Source: Squalus acanthias
Taxonomy: Eukaryota
Length of the DNA: 64,000 nt
Assembly: GCA_030390025.1 (NCBI GenBank)
Contig: CM059431.1
Coordinates: 109,122,001 to 109,186,000, forward strand
Reading direction: 5' to 3'
Shown here: positions 25,184-39,230 of the stretch, one piece after another
How the letters are laid out: each line of letters begins with the position of its first letter
How positions within the stretch are numbered: position 1 is the stretch's first letter
Position numbers and translations under genes: made by a program
The notes under the pieces: model-generated
What the model saw: only the letters and a program-made list of their open reading frames with translations
Database searches by the model: none
What the model was told of the DNA's origin: nothing

Positions 25184-26179
25184 ACCTCAGCCATTCCTTG
25201 GGGGGGGAAAAATGGACTTTCTGTGATTTCTGCATCCCCCCCCCCCTCCCCATCCCCCAACTCCAGACACTGCCATCTACAATGAGTTAAATATAGTTAA
25301 AAGTACACTAGGTTCCACAGTACAACAGGAAACACTGTCTGAAAAGAAGTAAGCATTGGCACCTGTGCAAAATCTATAAAACAGTGCGGGAGAAGTAAAT
25401 AAAGCAGGTACCAGTTGGGTTTAAATTAACCAGTGTCTGCAAATCCTTTGATCAATTAGTGCAAAAGCAGGTCAAGGAAAAAGCGCAATTAGAATTTCTC
25501 CTTTTGGAAGAAAATTTCTGACTAAAATGCTCAACTTCTCACAAGCAACTGTGGCAATCTTAGTTTTCTGTTTGATAACTGTATGCAGTTAATATGTTCA
25601 TACCATGAACCTGACCCATAGGCCCACTGGATCAGATAGGAATTGAGGCTACTTGAAACTGGCCAACGCTCCTTGACATGAGTCCACTATATTGCCCAAT
25701 TGTCAAATATTCTGCCTCAGCTGCAGTTGGTAAACTCTTACAGGTTGATCTAAAGAGAATTAAAAACAATTGAAAGGCTGCGATTCAGGCCTTGGACGAG
25801 GCTCCTGCTAAAAGCAGGTAGCGGGCCTACTTAACCTGCAGAAGTCATGGGCCAATGGCGTCATCGGTACTGCGATGTAATGTTAATGTCGAGGTTAGCG
25901 GGAGTACCGCACTGTCTTCTGCCCGGTAGCAGAAACACGGCAGGAGGAGCCAACTGGCCAGAAGAGGCTAATGTAAGTATTAAAAACTTCCTTCTCTTTG
26001 GACTTCATTGTGGACCAGGAGGAGCAAGAATGCTCCCCATGGGTCACCAGCTGCGGCCTCCTGCGGCCAAATTCCCGTTCATGCCCGTTGGCCATGTAGT
26101 CAATCTGGCCAGGTGTCGAGCGGGAGTCCGGAAAGTCTTATTTAAATGAGGCAGGGCTTCTTATCTATGTAGGTTAGAT

Positions 26180-26625
26180 TGAATCATAGAATCATAACAG
26201 CACAGTAGGAAGCCATTCGGCCCATCGAGCCTGTGCCAGCTCTCTGCAAGAGCACTTCAGCTAGTCCCAAGCCCCCGCCCTTTCTCCGTAGCCCTGCAAT
26301 TTTTTTTCCTTCAGGTACTTATCTAATTCCCTTTTGAAAGCCACAATTGAATCTGCCTCCACCACTATTTCAGTCAGTGCATTCCAGATCATAACCACTC
26401 GCTGCATAAAAAGTTTTTCCTCATGTCGCCTTTGGATCTTCTGCCAATCACCTTAAATCTGTGTCCTCTGGTTCTCGACCCTTCCGCCAATAGGAACAGT
26501 TTCTCTCTATCTACTCTGTCTTGATCCATCATGATTTTGAACACCTCTATCAAATCTCCTCTCAACCTTCTCTGCTCTAAGGAGAACAACCCCAGCTTCT
26601 CCAGTCTATCCACGTAACTGAAGTA
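26180..26625 (-). mobile_element. CR1 3' fragment
   Basis: Near-identical to 8840-9290. Confidence 0.88.
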
Positions 26626-27197
26626 ATATTGAACTGAAGTTCGGCTTTGAAATCAAACATTGGATGCCACCTTTTTCCTCGAGACCATCAGGGGAGCATT
26701 TGATTAGATGTTTTCATTCTCTCTTTTCTCCATCGTCCCTTTTTGATTCCTTGACTTCTGTTTTTGTTAAATTATTTCCCCATCTAATTCCATTTTCCGT
26801 AGCATTTATCCTACTTTACTTCCTATTTTCTTTTAATGTGCGTTACTTCTATGACTTCGTTACTCCTTTAATTTCTTGATTTCGCTCCTTCCTCATGTCT
26901 GGTTCAATTTTAGTTTTGATCGGGAGAAAAAACTTTACCCTGTTTGCCTCGAGGCCAAAAATTCAGTTGTGTCATGTTTCACAGTGTAAAACGCGTTTCG
27001 CTTGGAGGCAAATGTTTTTAAGCTATTGTGCTCCCTCCATTAACCACAACCTGCCTTGTTTGCAGTGTGTCTCTAATGGCGGAGCCTGATTTTATGCAGC
27101 ACCAAAGCATCGCCAAATCAATGTTATTGTTTGCAGTTGCTGTGCCATGGCTGCCGCAGCCTCATTTTAAGGGGCTTCTGCTCCGCGTTTCCACCAC

Positions 27198-27582
27198 GGT
27201 TGCCATCTCTGGTTGGACATATTCCTGGAGGTTTCATCACGTGACCTCCTGCCTCCGACTGTCCCGCCCCCACATTCATGCCATTGGTCACCCAACATGT
27301 CCCTCCTATTGGTGCACTGCCTTCCCACGGCCAATCGGAAAGCGAACAGACTCTTCCTTACCCAATTGGATGATTCTTAACTGTCAGTCAAAACAGCCTT
27401 TTTTTTTCCACATCCAATAGTTTTCTAACTAGTAAACAAAAGTGTTCAAAGAAAAAAAAATGTAAAAATACAATTTTCTATTGCCTCTCTGATATTTCTC
27501 CTGGGTTGCTCCAAGCGGTGTCCTGGAGGTTAATCTTTAATTCCTGGAGACTTCGGGGCAATCCTGGAGAGTTGCCAACCCT
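27198..27582 (-). mobile_element. MITE, AGGGTTGCCAAC family
   Basis: Reverse complement of 45393-45765. Confidence 0.8.
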
Positions 27583-27659
27583 ATGCTGAAAGTATGATCA
27601 TGTCAAAATCAGGGTCACAGGAAGTGATTTCTACACTCAACCCTGTCAGCACACCTCTG

Positions 27660-27862
27660 AGACAAGACCAGAAAATGTTGGAAACACACAGCGGGTCAGC
27701 AACTGCATCTGTGGAGAGAACGGACACGCTAGCGTTTCAGGTGCCGACTCAGACTTCAAAACCTCAAACCCGTTTTGAGGAAGGGTTCGCGCTCAAGACT
27801 GGTTGTTCCAGCGTTTTCTCTTTTTGTCTCAGATTTCCAGCATCTGCAGCTTTTTGTTTTTA
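27660..27862. mobile_element. Degraded Penelope pLTR relic
   Basis: Both ends resemble 55735-55966 (ATGTTGGAAACAC...GCATCTGTGGAGAGA; TTCCAGCGTTTTCT...AGATTTCCAGCATCTGCAG). Confidence 0.6.
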
Positions 27863-28409
27863 GTTTAGCCCCAAACCTCAGAGTATGTCCGATGGCAAAT
27901 AAGTGACTGACAATCACGGTAAACCTGCCCACAAAAGGTTTGAAAAGAAGCAAGATGACATTGACAATATTTTTGCTGACGTACATTCTTTTTTCAAACA
28001 AAGTGCTACTCTCAATCAACCTTAGCTATCTACCTGTGAGAAATTCTCTCAGGTTTTGTATTCAACTAACTACAGTGCAAAAGTATCAATAACAGGAGTG
28101 CCTTAATATAAATGCCCTGTTTTTTAATGTTTGAGAAACGGTGCATCAGGTGTACGTGAAAGGTCCTAAACACTGACCACCCTACCTCCAGGACGATCAC
28201 ATTTGGTTAATGGGCCTCCAAAGCCAGATTTACTCCATCTCTTAAAGGAAGAAAGTTATGACGGTGGAACGGGAGACGCCCTGAGGAAATTCATCCCCCG
28301 TGTTGGGCAACTGCTTACTCCACCCATTTTACACCGGTTTTACACCAACGTCTGCACCAATGGAATACACAGGGGTGATATTTATGCTACGGCTGTAAAA
28401 AGCTTTGGT

Positions 28410-28945
28410 TAGACTGTGTCGGGGTACTGCACTCAGTTCTGGACACCGCACCTCAGGAAGGATATTGCTCTTGGAGACGGTGCAGCAGAGTTTCACCTGG
28501 GCTAAAAGTGTTAAATTATGAGGACAGGTTGCATAGGCTCGGCTTGTATTCCCTCAAGTATAGATGATTAAGGGGTGATATAATTGAGGTGTTAAAGGAT
28601 TTGATTTGGTAGATGGAGAGAAACTTTTTCCTTCAACGGGGGAGTCCAGAACATGGGGGCATAACCGTAAAATTAGAGCCAGGCCGTTCAGGAGCGATGT
28701 CAGGAGGCACGTCTTCACACAAAGGGTAGTGGAAATCTGGAACTCTCTCCCCCAAAAAGCTGTTGAGGCTGAGGGTCAATTGAAAATTTCAAAACTGAGA
28801 TTGCTAGAATTTAGTTAGCCAAGGGTATTAAGGGTTACTGAAGCAAGGTGGGTAGATGGAGTTGAGATACAGATCAGCCGAGATCTAACTGAATGGCGGA
28901 ACAAGCTTGAGGGGCTGAATGGCCTACTCCTGTTCCTATGTTCCA
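28410..28945 (+). mobile_element. CR1 3' fragment
   Basis: ORF 28606-28818 (FTQRVVEIWNSLP) and CR1 3' UTR. Confidence 0.85.
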
Positions 28946-31417
28946 ATGGGAATGCAAATGAGTAGATCCAGGAAACTTGTGTGTAACTCCCACTAGAGGA
29001 CACCAGTGAGTGCACTTCTTTTTAAAAGAGGCAACAGCAGTGAAACTCGAAGAAATTCTAGGCCAAAGTGTCTTGTGGCTGCAGAATGGCACAGTTGTAC
29101 CAAATACTGAAACATTGACATGCCCCCTCTCCCCTCACCATTTAGTGGTAGAATACAAGTTTAAAGTCCCAGTCTGCTAAGTTGCTGGTAGCCAGGATTG
29201 TGTGTGTGTGTATAGGGGGCAGGGCGGGGGGGGGGGGGGGGTTGAAATGCTGATCAGAGAACAAAGAGAGGTGCTACATCACCAGGACACTGTTGTATGC
29301 CTCCTGACAGCCTGACTCAGGAGGGACCTAGCTCATATCCTAGGCACTTATCATGCACTCAACTTCTTAACTGTAGGAGGCGCTCAACCTGGAGAAACCA
29401 AAGGGGGGAGAAAACCAATTGGGAAAAGCGTGGACAGCAACAGGCCCTCAAAAAAGCAAAAAAGATAGGCTTGTTGCCGGAAATTGTAAATTCAATGCAA
29501 CGTATAAAGAACAAGAGATCAGTTTTGTTCCAAGTGTAAGAGATAGCATGTCTAACTATTACAGTGCTAAAAGGTTCACATTTCAGGGGATTAAAAGTTA
29601 AATCATGTAGACAGTAACAATTCATATACCTTGACTCTATTGTTAAAGGACAAAGAACTACTTCTCCGCCCTGTGAATCTCTTGGGAAACTAGCAGCCTG
29701 CTCACCCTGCTGATTGCAGCATTTTGTTTTACAAACAATTTATCTGCTCAAATTTTTTTTTTTATGTCTCGCCCCCCGCCCGCCTCCCATTTCTCTCTCA
29801 CTCACACACACACACACACACACATCCTGACCCACCTGGCATCAAAGCGCAGTTAGGCAGCCAAGAAATATCAATAGCTAGTATTAGATTTCAGTCCATG
29901 TACTGGTAGGAAAACTAATTTCAGGATACAAGCACCCTTCACAAAATCCGTGGAGGAGATCAAAGCAGTGTGGGTGCCCTTGTTAAAAACGGTACAAAAA
30001 TGAATGTTCGTCTTTTGGCGATTTGAATACACCTCGCTGGACAAACACGTTTAAGTGCAATTTATTTTCTTTTCCAAATCACTCTGTCGCTGTTTCTCAA
30101 TTGCTGCAGGCAACCACCTGGATTATTCACTTAATGTCCAACCTCAGGCCAAGCCAAAACAGCCTCACACGATTGTCTCACCTAACTTATTAATGGGGCA
30201 CCAGCTCTGCGAGGGGTCAAAGGTTTTGTTTTAGTAAGTATTATCTTACAAGAAATTTTTTTTGCTCAAAATGGAGAAGAAAAACAGCCAAGAGGCTGAT
30301 AATAAACGAACTTTTATTGCCTGAGGCTCTGAGCCAGTTAATACACTTTCATTGACGGTTTCTTTCAACTGTTGCTGGACAAGGAGAAAAGAAATCTTAA
30401 ATTACACCCATGTTCAATCCTTAAAACTGACATTGCATTTCATCTCATACCTCCAGCCAAGGAAAAAGACAAAAGACTAATTGTCTTTTGGTTCTTTATT
30501 TTGTATGAAACAATGCAGACTTCTGGAGCTGATGGGAAACCACCTTAGATATGGAGGTGACATTCAGTTGGAGAGAAATCGAACAGGTGCAAATGCTCAC
30601 TGTATCTTTCAGATTCAGTGACTATTTCTTACAATTATAAGCAGAAGTCTTCTTCCCAGATCCAATAAGTCACTTATTCAGGGAAATACTATCGGGCATA
30701 CAGACGCAAAACTGACCAGTCCAACTATCTGCTCCATTGTAAAGCAAGCAGTGTTGCAAATGATGCACTTTGGTGCTTTTCAGCCGTGGTCTCCTGTATC
30801 CACTTGTATTACACTTATGATGCCATTTTTATAGATCTTTAAGAGCCCACATTACCTTTGTAAATTTATGACTCAACTCCAATTCTACAAGAATCTGGCA
30901 AATTCACAAGTAAACATGAACCCCCATCTGTGTCTACTATTGTACAAACAGGTTAGCCGGCATGATCCAGATGGCTTGGCCCTCCCCAATACGGACATCA
31001 GGCTCACAGCCTGCCCAATGTCCACCTGAAGTCAAAATCGCCCCTTAACATTACAACAGTGACTCCACTTCAAAAAGTGCTTCATTGGCTGTAAAGCGCT
31101 TTGAGACGTCCGGTGGTCGTGAAAGGCGCTATATAAATGCAAGTCTTTCTTTTAACATCCACAGCCATTTGGCTTGTGTTTAAATGGATCAAACAGGTGT
31201 ACACTACCGCAAGACTGCGAAACATCTTTTCCCGATACACTACCAGCAATCAGGCTGATGTACACTGTCAGCAAACAAATATACAACAACTACTTGCATT
31301 TATAGAACACCTTTACTGTAGAAAAAAATCCCAAGGCATTTCACAGAAACGGAATCAATCAAAAATCGACACCGAGTCAAAGTACACCTTGGCTCACACA
31401 CCTGTATGCAAATACCT

Positions 31418-31855
31418 GTGCCAGCCTTGGCTCAGTTGGTAGCACTCTTGTCTCAGAGCCAGAAGGTTGTGAGTTCAAGCCCCTCTCCAGAGACTTGAGC
31501 ACATAATCCAGGCTGACACTCCCTCCGCTGCATTGTCAGAGGTGCTGTCTTTCGGATGAAAAGTTAAACCTCTCTGGTGGACATCAAAGATTCCACGGCA
31601 CTATTTTGAAGAAGAGCAGGGGAGTTATCCCCGGTATCCTGGCCAATACTTATCCCTCAACCAACATCACTAAAACAGATTACCTGGTCATTATCACATT
31701 GCTGGTTTTGGGACCTTGCTGTGCGCAAATTGGCTGCCGCGTTTCCCCACATTACAACAGTGAATACACTTCAAAAGTGCTTCATTGCTGTAAAGCACCA
31801 CCTTGAGACATCCTGAGGTTGTGAAAGGTGCTATAAAAATGCAAATCTTACTTTC
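31418..31855 (+). mobile_element. Deu-domain-type SINE copy with internal deletions
   Basis: Same head and tail; a separate tail-only fragment lies at about 31048-31152. Confidence 0.85.
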
Positions 31856-32989
31856 TGTGCTTGGATGAAATTTTGGCATTGGTTGTTTCATCAAAGTCAG
31901 GTGCACAGAGAGATTTCGCCCAAATGCATTAACCAGTTGTCTACAAATAGCGCACGGAACAAGTTGTATCCCTTTGGGTCTCAGTTGTGTTCCACACTTC
32001 ACTCCTCTGCCTTTTTAAGCCCTCACAAAAAAAGGAAATAAAGAAACAATGGCAGCGCGGGTGGGGGGAGTACATCAAAGGGAAAAGCTTCCTCTGTTAA
32101 TTACATTGGTCGCACAGGAACAGACAAGTAACCATTATGACTTTGCCCGTGGGAAAAACATAATACATGGAGGGATTCCACCCCCCACCCCACCCCATGC
32201 TTCACAACTAATCAAAAAATTATGAAAAATATAAACCAGAAAGTGAAATAGATCATAAAATACAGTTTATATAGAGACAAATTTAACCCTACATGCCTGG
32301 CGGAAGTCAGGTGGGGGGTCAGTTCAAATCGGCAACAACCCCCTTCATTTCTGCGGTCTTCTATTCTAACCTGTTTTTCTGAGCAGGCAGCAAGGACACC
32401 CTTTGAATATGCAAATCGGGGCCAATGATGTAATTGGGACACCCAATGCAATTTTAATTGGAGGCTTTCCCACCAGGTGAAGCCAGCAAGAAGGTTGAGC
32501 TAAGGCCACAAGAGGCCCAAACAATTTTTTTTTTTTTAACTTTTTTTTAATTAACTTTCCTTGTGGGACAAGGAGGCGCCTCCCCTACCCTGGACTGCTC
32601 TCCCGCAAGACCCTCCTGAAACTCCCTCTGGGGATTTGCCCGAGTGCCGGCAATTGGTCCTGACCTCCTGCCACTTCCCGCCAGCTAAAACCCCTCTGTC
32701 ATCACACTGCCGAAGTCAGAGGGGTTTGGCACTCGCCTCAACCCCCTGCCCATAATATATGTCTTAACCCCTATTGAAAGCCAGTCTTTTTATTAAAACT
32801 ACAGTAAGTAGGTCTGAACTGTTTGTCAGTCACACCTTTGCACAGTTAGAGGACAATAACAATGCGCATGAAGGCGTGACTTACACACCAACTTTCCAAG
32901 AGTGTAAAAATGGAAATTGAAGTAAAATAAAAAAACAACTTAATCTGTTCAATTGGAGATTGAGTACAAAAGGAACTCCACCCCTGCCA

Positions 32990-33320
32990 TCACCTGCGCA
33001 CCGTGGCTGCAGTGTGTGCTATCTACAGGATGCACTGCAGAAACTCGCCAAGCCTTCAGTGGAAGCAGCTCCCAAACCCATGGCCTCCACCACTTAGAAG
33101 GTGGCACATGGGAGCACCATCATCTCCAAGTTCCCCTCCAAGTCACACACCATCCTGACTTAGAAGTATATCGCCGATCCTTCATCGTCGCTGGGTCAAA
33201 ATCCTGGAACTCCCTCACTAACAGCACTGTGGGAACACCATCACCACACGGACTGCAGCGGTTCAAGAAGAAGGCCCACCACCACCTTCTCAAGGGCAAT
33301 TAGGGATGGACGCATGCCAA
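32990..33320 (+). mobile_element. Non-LTR retrotransposon 3' end, clade uncertain
   Basis: YRRSFIVAGSKSWNSL...FKKKAHHHLL; second copy at 38925-39230. Confidence 0.75.
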
Positions 33321-33624
33321 GAATTAAGAAGGACATACTGCAGGGGTGTACTTGTAGTTTAATAGTACTCCTCGCAGAAATATTACTGCTCCTACACAAG
33401 AATAGAAGCTCCAATATTTCAAAGTTAGAAAGAAGCCTGCCGGATGTCTGGTAAGTCAAGTTTCCTAACCAGATGGACCTGCCCAGGTGTGATATGCGGT
33501 GGGTCTGTGGTCAACCTTCACAATACTGGGTCTGGTGCTCTTCCTGAACATTGATGCCAGCACTCCAACCTGATTGAAAAGCTCTGTAGGAATGAGAAAA
33601 CTTTTTTGTTTTAAAAAAAATAGT

Positions 33625-34437
33625 GGCCCCGATATTCACGGGGAGGCAGGGAGGGTGTGGGGGAGCACGGTAGCAGGGGGAATCCCCGCGAGGCCGGGGA
33701 CGTGGAGATCCTGCTGAAGTTAACGGCAGGACCTCATTCAAATTTTACAATGGTTACAGCACAGAAGGAGGCCATTCAGCCCATCGAGCCCGTGCCAGCT
33801 CTCTGTAAGAGCACTTCAGCTAGTCCCACTCCCCCGCCAGGCAGCCGGCTTGATTATATATTGACAGGCTGGCCGGCTGTTGGGGTGGGTGGGGAAGGCC
33901 GTTGGGAACGGTCCCCAGCAATCGGGAGGTAGAGATCGGGGATTGGGATCGGGGCTTGGTGGGGGGGTGAGGGAGAGACAAGCACGGCAATGGCAATGAC
34001 GGAGGGAGAGATCAGGGTTGGAGGCGGGTGGGGGGAGGTCGTCGATCGTGGCAACGAGGACAGGCAGAAGGCTTCCTTGAGAGGCCGGGGTGGGGGCGGG
34101 GAAGCACTCCTGCTCCTCCTGGCACACAAGGAGTGCCATAAAATTGACTAACCTGCTGGAGCCAGCAACCCTCGCCTCCTTTTCGCTGCCAGGTTTCCCG
34201 AGCCCTGGGAAATCCGGCTGGCAGCTGTTAAAAATTTTAATCAGGCTACCTTCTGCATGGTGGGCACCTGATTTAAATATGATAATGAGGTGCCACGCCT
34301 CTCCACGATGGGACACCCGCGCACCATAAAATTGGCGGCAGGCGCGTACGCGGTGGGTTGCGGATGCGTTCCCCGATATTTAATTTTTTAATACCTCTCT
34401 CCTGCCCGTTGTGGCGGGTGGAGGTATTATTGAGGCC
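33625..34437. mobile_element. GC-rich TIR element containing a short CR1 3' end (about 33745-33838)
   Basis: Ends GGCCCCGATATT and TATTATTGAGGCC; carries the CCAGGAGGAGCAGGAGTGC motif shared with 26010, 38665 and 56627. Confidence 0.65.
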
Positions 34438-35039
34438 GGTGTTTATTTTTCGGGCTAAAAATAATTTTTTTCCCTCTTGCCCACAGTAAGAATGTCTATA
34501 ACAATGGCAATTTCCTACTTTTATAAAACCCCATATACCGCCACCTCACAAGTTACCAGCTGCCCTGCTATTACTAATAATGTAACCATAAATGACCGTG
34601 GTTTGCAACAAAAATAGCTGCCAAAATCTCTGAATGAATTGCAAATGACTGAGCTTGCATTATCTCAAAGCGGCTCATTGTGCAATAGGAGGTTCAATGG
34701 TAATACTGCAGATTGGTTGACATTTTGATTTTGCAAAGTAGATGGTGCAATAATGTGTTAAATAGCACTAATGTATGTTATGTGCTGCTAGACTCTATAA
34801 TTCACAGCAGGCACTGTAGCAGTACAAGGAATGAACAATCAGAGGGCAGGTCATCTCCAGGCTGCTCATGTGAAGTTCCTAGCAGAGTGACATTGATGGA
34901 GAGGTTTGGGAGGAGATCACCTCTCTCCCTGAGAAGGCGAGGGGCTGAAGCCTGATACCAGGAGATCTGAATATGAACTAAAAAAAATAACTCAAAGATA
35001 GTTTATTCAAAAGAATCTAAATTGGTACCCATTAATACA

Positions 35040-35822
35040 GTATACGGCACCTTCCCTTGCAAGCGCAGGAGATGCAACACTTACCCTTTTACCTCCTCCC
35101 TTCCCACTGTCCAGGGCCTCAAATACTCCTTCCAGGTGAAACAGCGATTTACTTGTATTTCTTGCAATTTGGTACACTGTATTCGCTGCTCACGATGTGG
35201 TCTCCACTACATTGGGGAGACCAAACGCAGATTGGAAGACTGCTTTGCGGACACCTCCGTTCAGTCCGCAAGCGTGACCCCGAGCTTCCGGTCGCCTGCC
35301 ATTTTAATTCTCCGCTCCACTCCCACTCTGACCTCTCCGTCCTTGGCCTCTTACACTGTTCCAATGAAGCTCAACGTAAGCTCGAGGAACAGCACCTCAA
35401 CTTTCTATTAGGCACTTTACAGCCTTCTGGACTCAACATCGAGTTCAACAATTTCAGACCATAACCTTTGCCCCTATTTTTTCAAGACAGCAGCTGCTGA
35501 TGTTTCTGCCATTCCCATTTACACCTCTTCTAGACCCATCTTTTGTTTCTTTACTTGTCCCATTACCATCTCCTTTTGCTTTGTACAATCATACCTTTTG
35601 TCATTTAATCACTCCTACCTTCCACCCTATCACAGACCTCTTCTTTTGTTCTTTCCTCCCCTTCCCCCTTTCCCTGTCTCTGCATTTGCTTAAAATCTGT
35701 TACATCTCTAACTTTTTCTAGTTCTGACGAAAGGTCATCGACCTGAAACGTTAACACTGTTTCTCTCTCCGCAGATGCTGCCTCACCTGCTGAGCATTTC
35801 CAGCAGTTTCTGTTTTTTATTT
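35040..35822 (+). mobile_element. Penelope-like element 3' part: frameshifted GIY-YIG endonuclease, pyrimidine-rich UTR, pLTR with hammerhead
   Basis: NLVHCIRCSRCGLHYIGETKRRL / HLRSV...PVACHFNS...GTLQPSGLN is the PLE GIY-YIG pattern. Confidence 0.9.
35721..35755 (+). ncRNA. Minimal type I hammerhead ribozyme motif in a Penelope pLTR
   Basis: GTT CTGACGA A AGGTC atc GACCT GAAA CG TT AAC: core boxes, perfect 5-bp stem II, palindromic stem III, short stem I. Confidence 0.75.
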
Positions 35823-35994
35823 CTAGAAGGATATGTTGATAGGGTTAGATGAAGTAGTGTGGGAGGAGGCGCATGTGGAGCATAAACACTGGCATAGACC
35901 AGTTGGGCCGAATGGCCTGTTCCTGTGCTGTAAATTCCATGTTACGGCTTTGTGGGTGGTGTGATATTGAACCAGACAAATCTGAAAAGATTGT

Positions 35995-36624
35995 GGGCTA
36001 CAAATCGAGTAGCAGGCGCCCTGGAAAAATTAGCAACCCCGCGCCGGAACTTGAGTGGTTGCGCCCCAAGAGGGAAGCAGGGCGCCGCGGTATTGCAGGC
36101 CTTCCTCCCCTTCTTAAAGGGGAGGGGCCTTGCGCAGCCCGACCCAGGGCCCAGCTGGGCCCCCGGGGATCGGGAGTGCCGGCAGAAGAGCCCGGCACTC
36201 AAGAGAAGTGCCGGGCTCTTGGAGTGCAGCCGGCACTCCGCGGGGGGGGCCGTTCAGGAGGCCGGGGACGGGAGCGCAGGCAGGTGCTGGCAGGCGGCCA
36301 GCAACAAAAATGGCCGCCCCACACCTCGCCTTTAAATTGCGCCTCCCCGGCCGCAGGTAGGCCCCCCTGACCCCGTCGAACATAGCGTCCGGCAGTAAGT
36401 CAGGGGCCGCACCCGAAGATTGCAGCCGGGGCGCAAACAGGGCGCTGCGCACGGCGATGATGTCATCGGCAGCGGCGCAGCGCCATGGGGCACTACCGGT
36501 TATCGCCGCCGCCAACCTCCCGCTGAATTTCACGGAAGGCGTGGGTGGCACCGCGCCAGGGCGCTAGTTGCTTTGCGCCCCGTTAGCGCTAATGAGAGGC
36601 GCAAAGCAACCCAATTTTTCCCCC
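35995..36624. mobile_element. CpG-rich TIR element, PIF/Harbinger-like
   Basis: Sharp GC boundaries, imperfect G-rich TIRs, 3-bp TSD TGT. Confidence 0.65.
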
Positions 36625-38924
36625 TGTATGTTCTATTCCTGATGTGTGCTAAATTAGCCAATCTCAATTAAGGTTAAGTGAAGGCATTGCAACTGGACTT
36701 GCACTGTGGAGGGGAAAAGACAGGGGATAATTCCACACTCCAGATCATTATCTAGTGACCCCTGATGAAAGCATTTCGCTATGGATGTCAAGTGAGAATG
36801 CAGTTGGCCTCGGGTATTAATGCACTCATTATCAACTATTGCCCTGACAGTGCCCAGGCTAAAACATGAAAAATGACTACCTGGGTGAGGCACCGGTGGA
36901 CCTCTTGCACCCATGAAGTAGCACGAGTCATGACCTTGAGGAGAAAAAAAGTGACAATGTCAGAGAGGAGAAATATACATGCATAGAAATAAAATTCAAA
37001 GCAAGTTTAGTCTGGTTGAAACGTCAACAGAAGCATACGTGCCTTAAAACCACTGCATGCTATACACTCCCAATCTGAGATAGTTGCTCTTGTCCAGATT
37101 GCTTTGCTCAGGAATTGGACAGGCTTATTGCCCTGACCTGCTAGTAGGGTAAGCCTCGTTGGCAACTACAGTGTGCTTGCTCGTGAATGCAGCTACATCA
37201 GCAGATTCAACTTTCCTTGCCCTCCTTGGAGCACCTTCCCTGCCCGGAATGTGGAAAATGTGTCGCTACTGATTTAACTGCTAACACAAAAAAATGATTT
37301 GGTTGCTGCTCTTGAATCGGCCATATTTGTAGTTAAAGTACCTGATTCAAATTCCTGTTGCTCTGCGGAGCTGCTGTGACTCACAGAAAGGCTCTAAATC
37401 ACTGGAAATTTGAAGCTGCTGAACTTAATGCGCACACAGCCACTGATATCTCCCTGGGAGGTCCCTCTTTCCTCGATGCTGCCTCTATCCGAACTTCAAG
37501 CCATTGGGAAGCTAATCTATGAATGTTAATAGCGGTTCTCAGAATCTATTTTCATGTACTCAGTGTGTTGGTTTTGAGGCTGCAGTATAAATGAATGGAA
37601 AGGCCAGTGGGCTGACTACATGCGTGAAGCAGGTATGTGTACAATGTGATTCAGCCCGATTCCCCTAAGGTTTCCCGTAACTCAATGCCTATGTGATATA
37701 TATTCTTCTCACACTTGATTTAACTTTTCTTACTGTTAAATCAAGGGCATTCTGAACAATAGTAGCGATGGAATGACGTGGGTGAAAGGTGATCCCAACA
37801 AAGACTAGTACTGGAGTATTAGGAATCATCAAGGAGTATTTAAGTTCCTTAGTGTCCATTTAGTCTTACAATATTGATGATAAATACATTAATATCTTGT
37901 ATTGAGTTCTAAACAAAAGTATAGTTTCCTGGAAAGTTTGTGGCTCTTCAGGTTTTTAATCATAACACAGAAAAATTATCCAACCTTTTCAAGATTTATT
38001 TTTGCCCAAGAGTCTTGGGAGGGTGGGGGCGGGGTGCTAAAATTAGACTTTCATGATAGCGAATAGTCATCCCATTTTACACCCCACCCAATTTTGTTTT
38101 TAATTGTCAATGTTAAAGGAAATTGAGTGGGCTGTAAAACGGACTGCCAATTTGCCAACCCCCGCTTTGCACTCCTGATGAAGTCGAATTTCACCCCCCT
38201 TGGTTTCCCAGTCCATATTATTCTGTTTCTACGAATAAAGTTGGAGGTGGATGAACTAGTTAAGCGGGAATTGTCATATCATCCTAACTGTACTAAAGGA
38301 AAAATATCCTTTCACTTATTGGTGTATCTCAGTCACAAAGGGGCCGATTTCAACTTATCCCAACTGGTGCAAACGGAGCGACGATACGGTTAAAATGGCA
38401 GTGCAGCACTTACTGCCCTGTTCGCGTCTCCGTTGCAGCCACCGCCATTTTGAAAGGGGCCTACCCTTGGGCGGCCAATACGCCTGCCCTTTTCAGGCGG
38501 TAGACCCATTTTAATATGCAAACTGGGGACCTATGCTGTACTTGGACCCCATGCCATTTTAGGAGGGAACTGGTCGGAGCATGCGCCGTGCACGCTCTGA
38601 TCGGTTCCACAGGCAATAGAGCCGAAGAGGCCCAGCAAAGGTAAGTTTGAAATGAGTTTTGTGCGGCCAGGAGGAGCAGGAGTAATGGTATTATAGAGAC
38701 ACGAGAAGCTCATTAAGTTCTGTGGATGCAACCTGCTCAGTGCATTTTTGCAACATATGAATGACTTTCTTCTGTTGCCACTCTGCAGGGTGACATCGAG
38801 TGAGCTGTCGTGACTAGTTCTTCCTAATCAATGAGGAGGCATCCATAGCAAAGGTTTTTAGATCTATCTTCAGGAGCTTTGAAACACCAGCCAATGAATG
38901 AGACTTTAAAAAATATATATATAT

Positions 38925-39230
38925 TATTCATTTGTGGGATGTGGGCGTCGCTGGCAAGCCCAGCATTTATTGCCCATCCCGAGTTGCCCTTGAGAAGGTG
39001 GAGGTGAGCCGCCTTCTTGAACTGCTGCAGTCCGTGTGGTGAAGGTACTCCCGCAGTGCTGTTAGGGAGGGAGTTCCAGGATTTTGACCCAGCAACGATG
39101 AAGGATCGGCGATATACTTCCAATTCAGGATGGTGTGTGACTTGGAGGGGAACTTGGAGGTGGTGGTGTTCCCAAGCGCCTACTGCCCTTGTTCTTCTAG
39201 GTGCTGGAGGTTACGGGATTGGGAGGTGCC
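38925..39230 (-). mobile_element. Non-LTR retrotransposon 3' end, same family as 32990-33320
   Basis: ORF 38824-39123 shares the peptide. Confidence 0.75.

Noticed and set aside
35873..36671. Overlapping 120-165 aa ORFs or a gene promoter
   Set aside because: High GC suppresses stops; the region is bounded by TIRs and a TSD and shows no recognisable domain.
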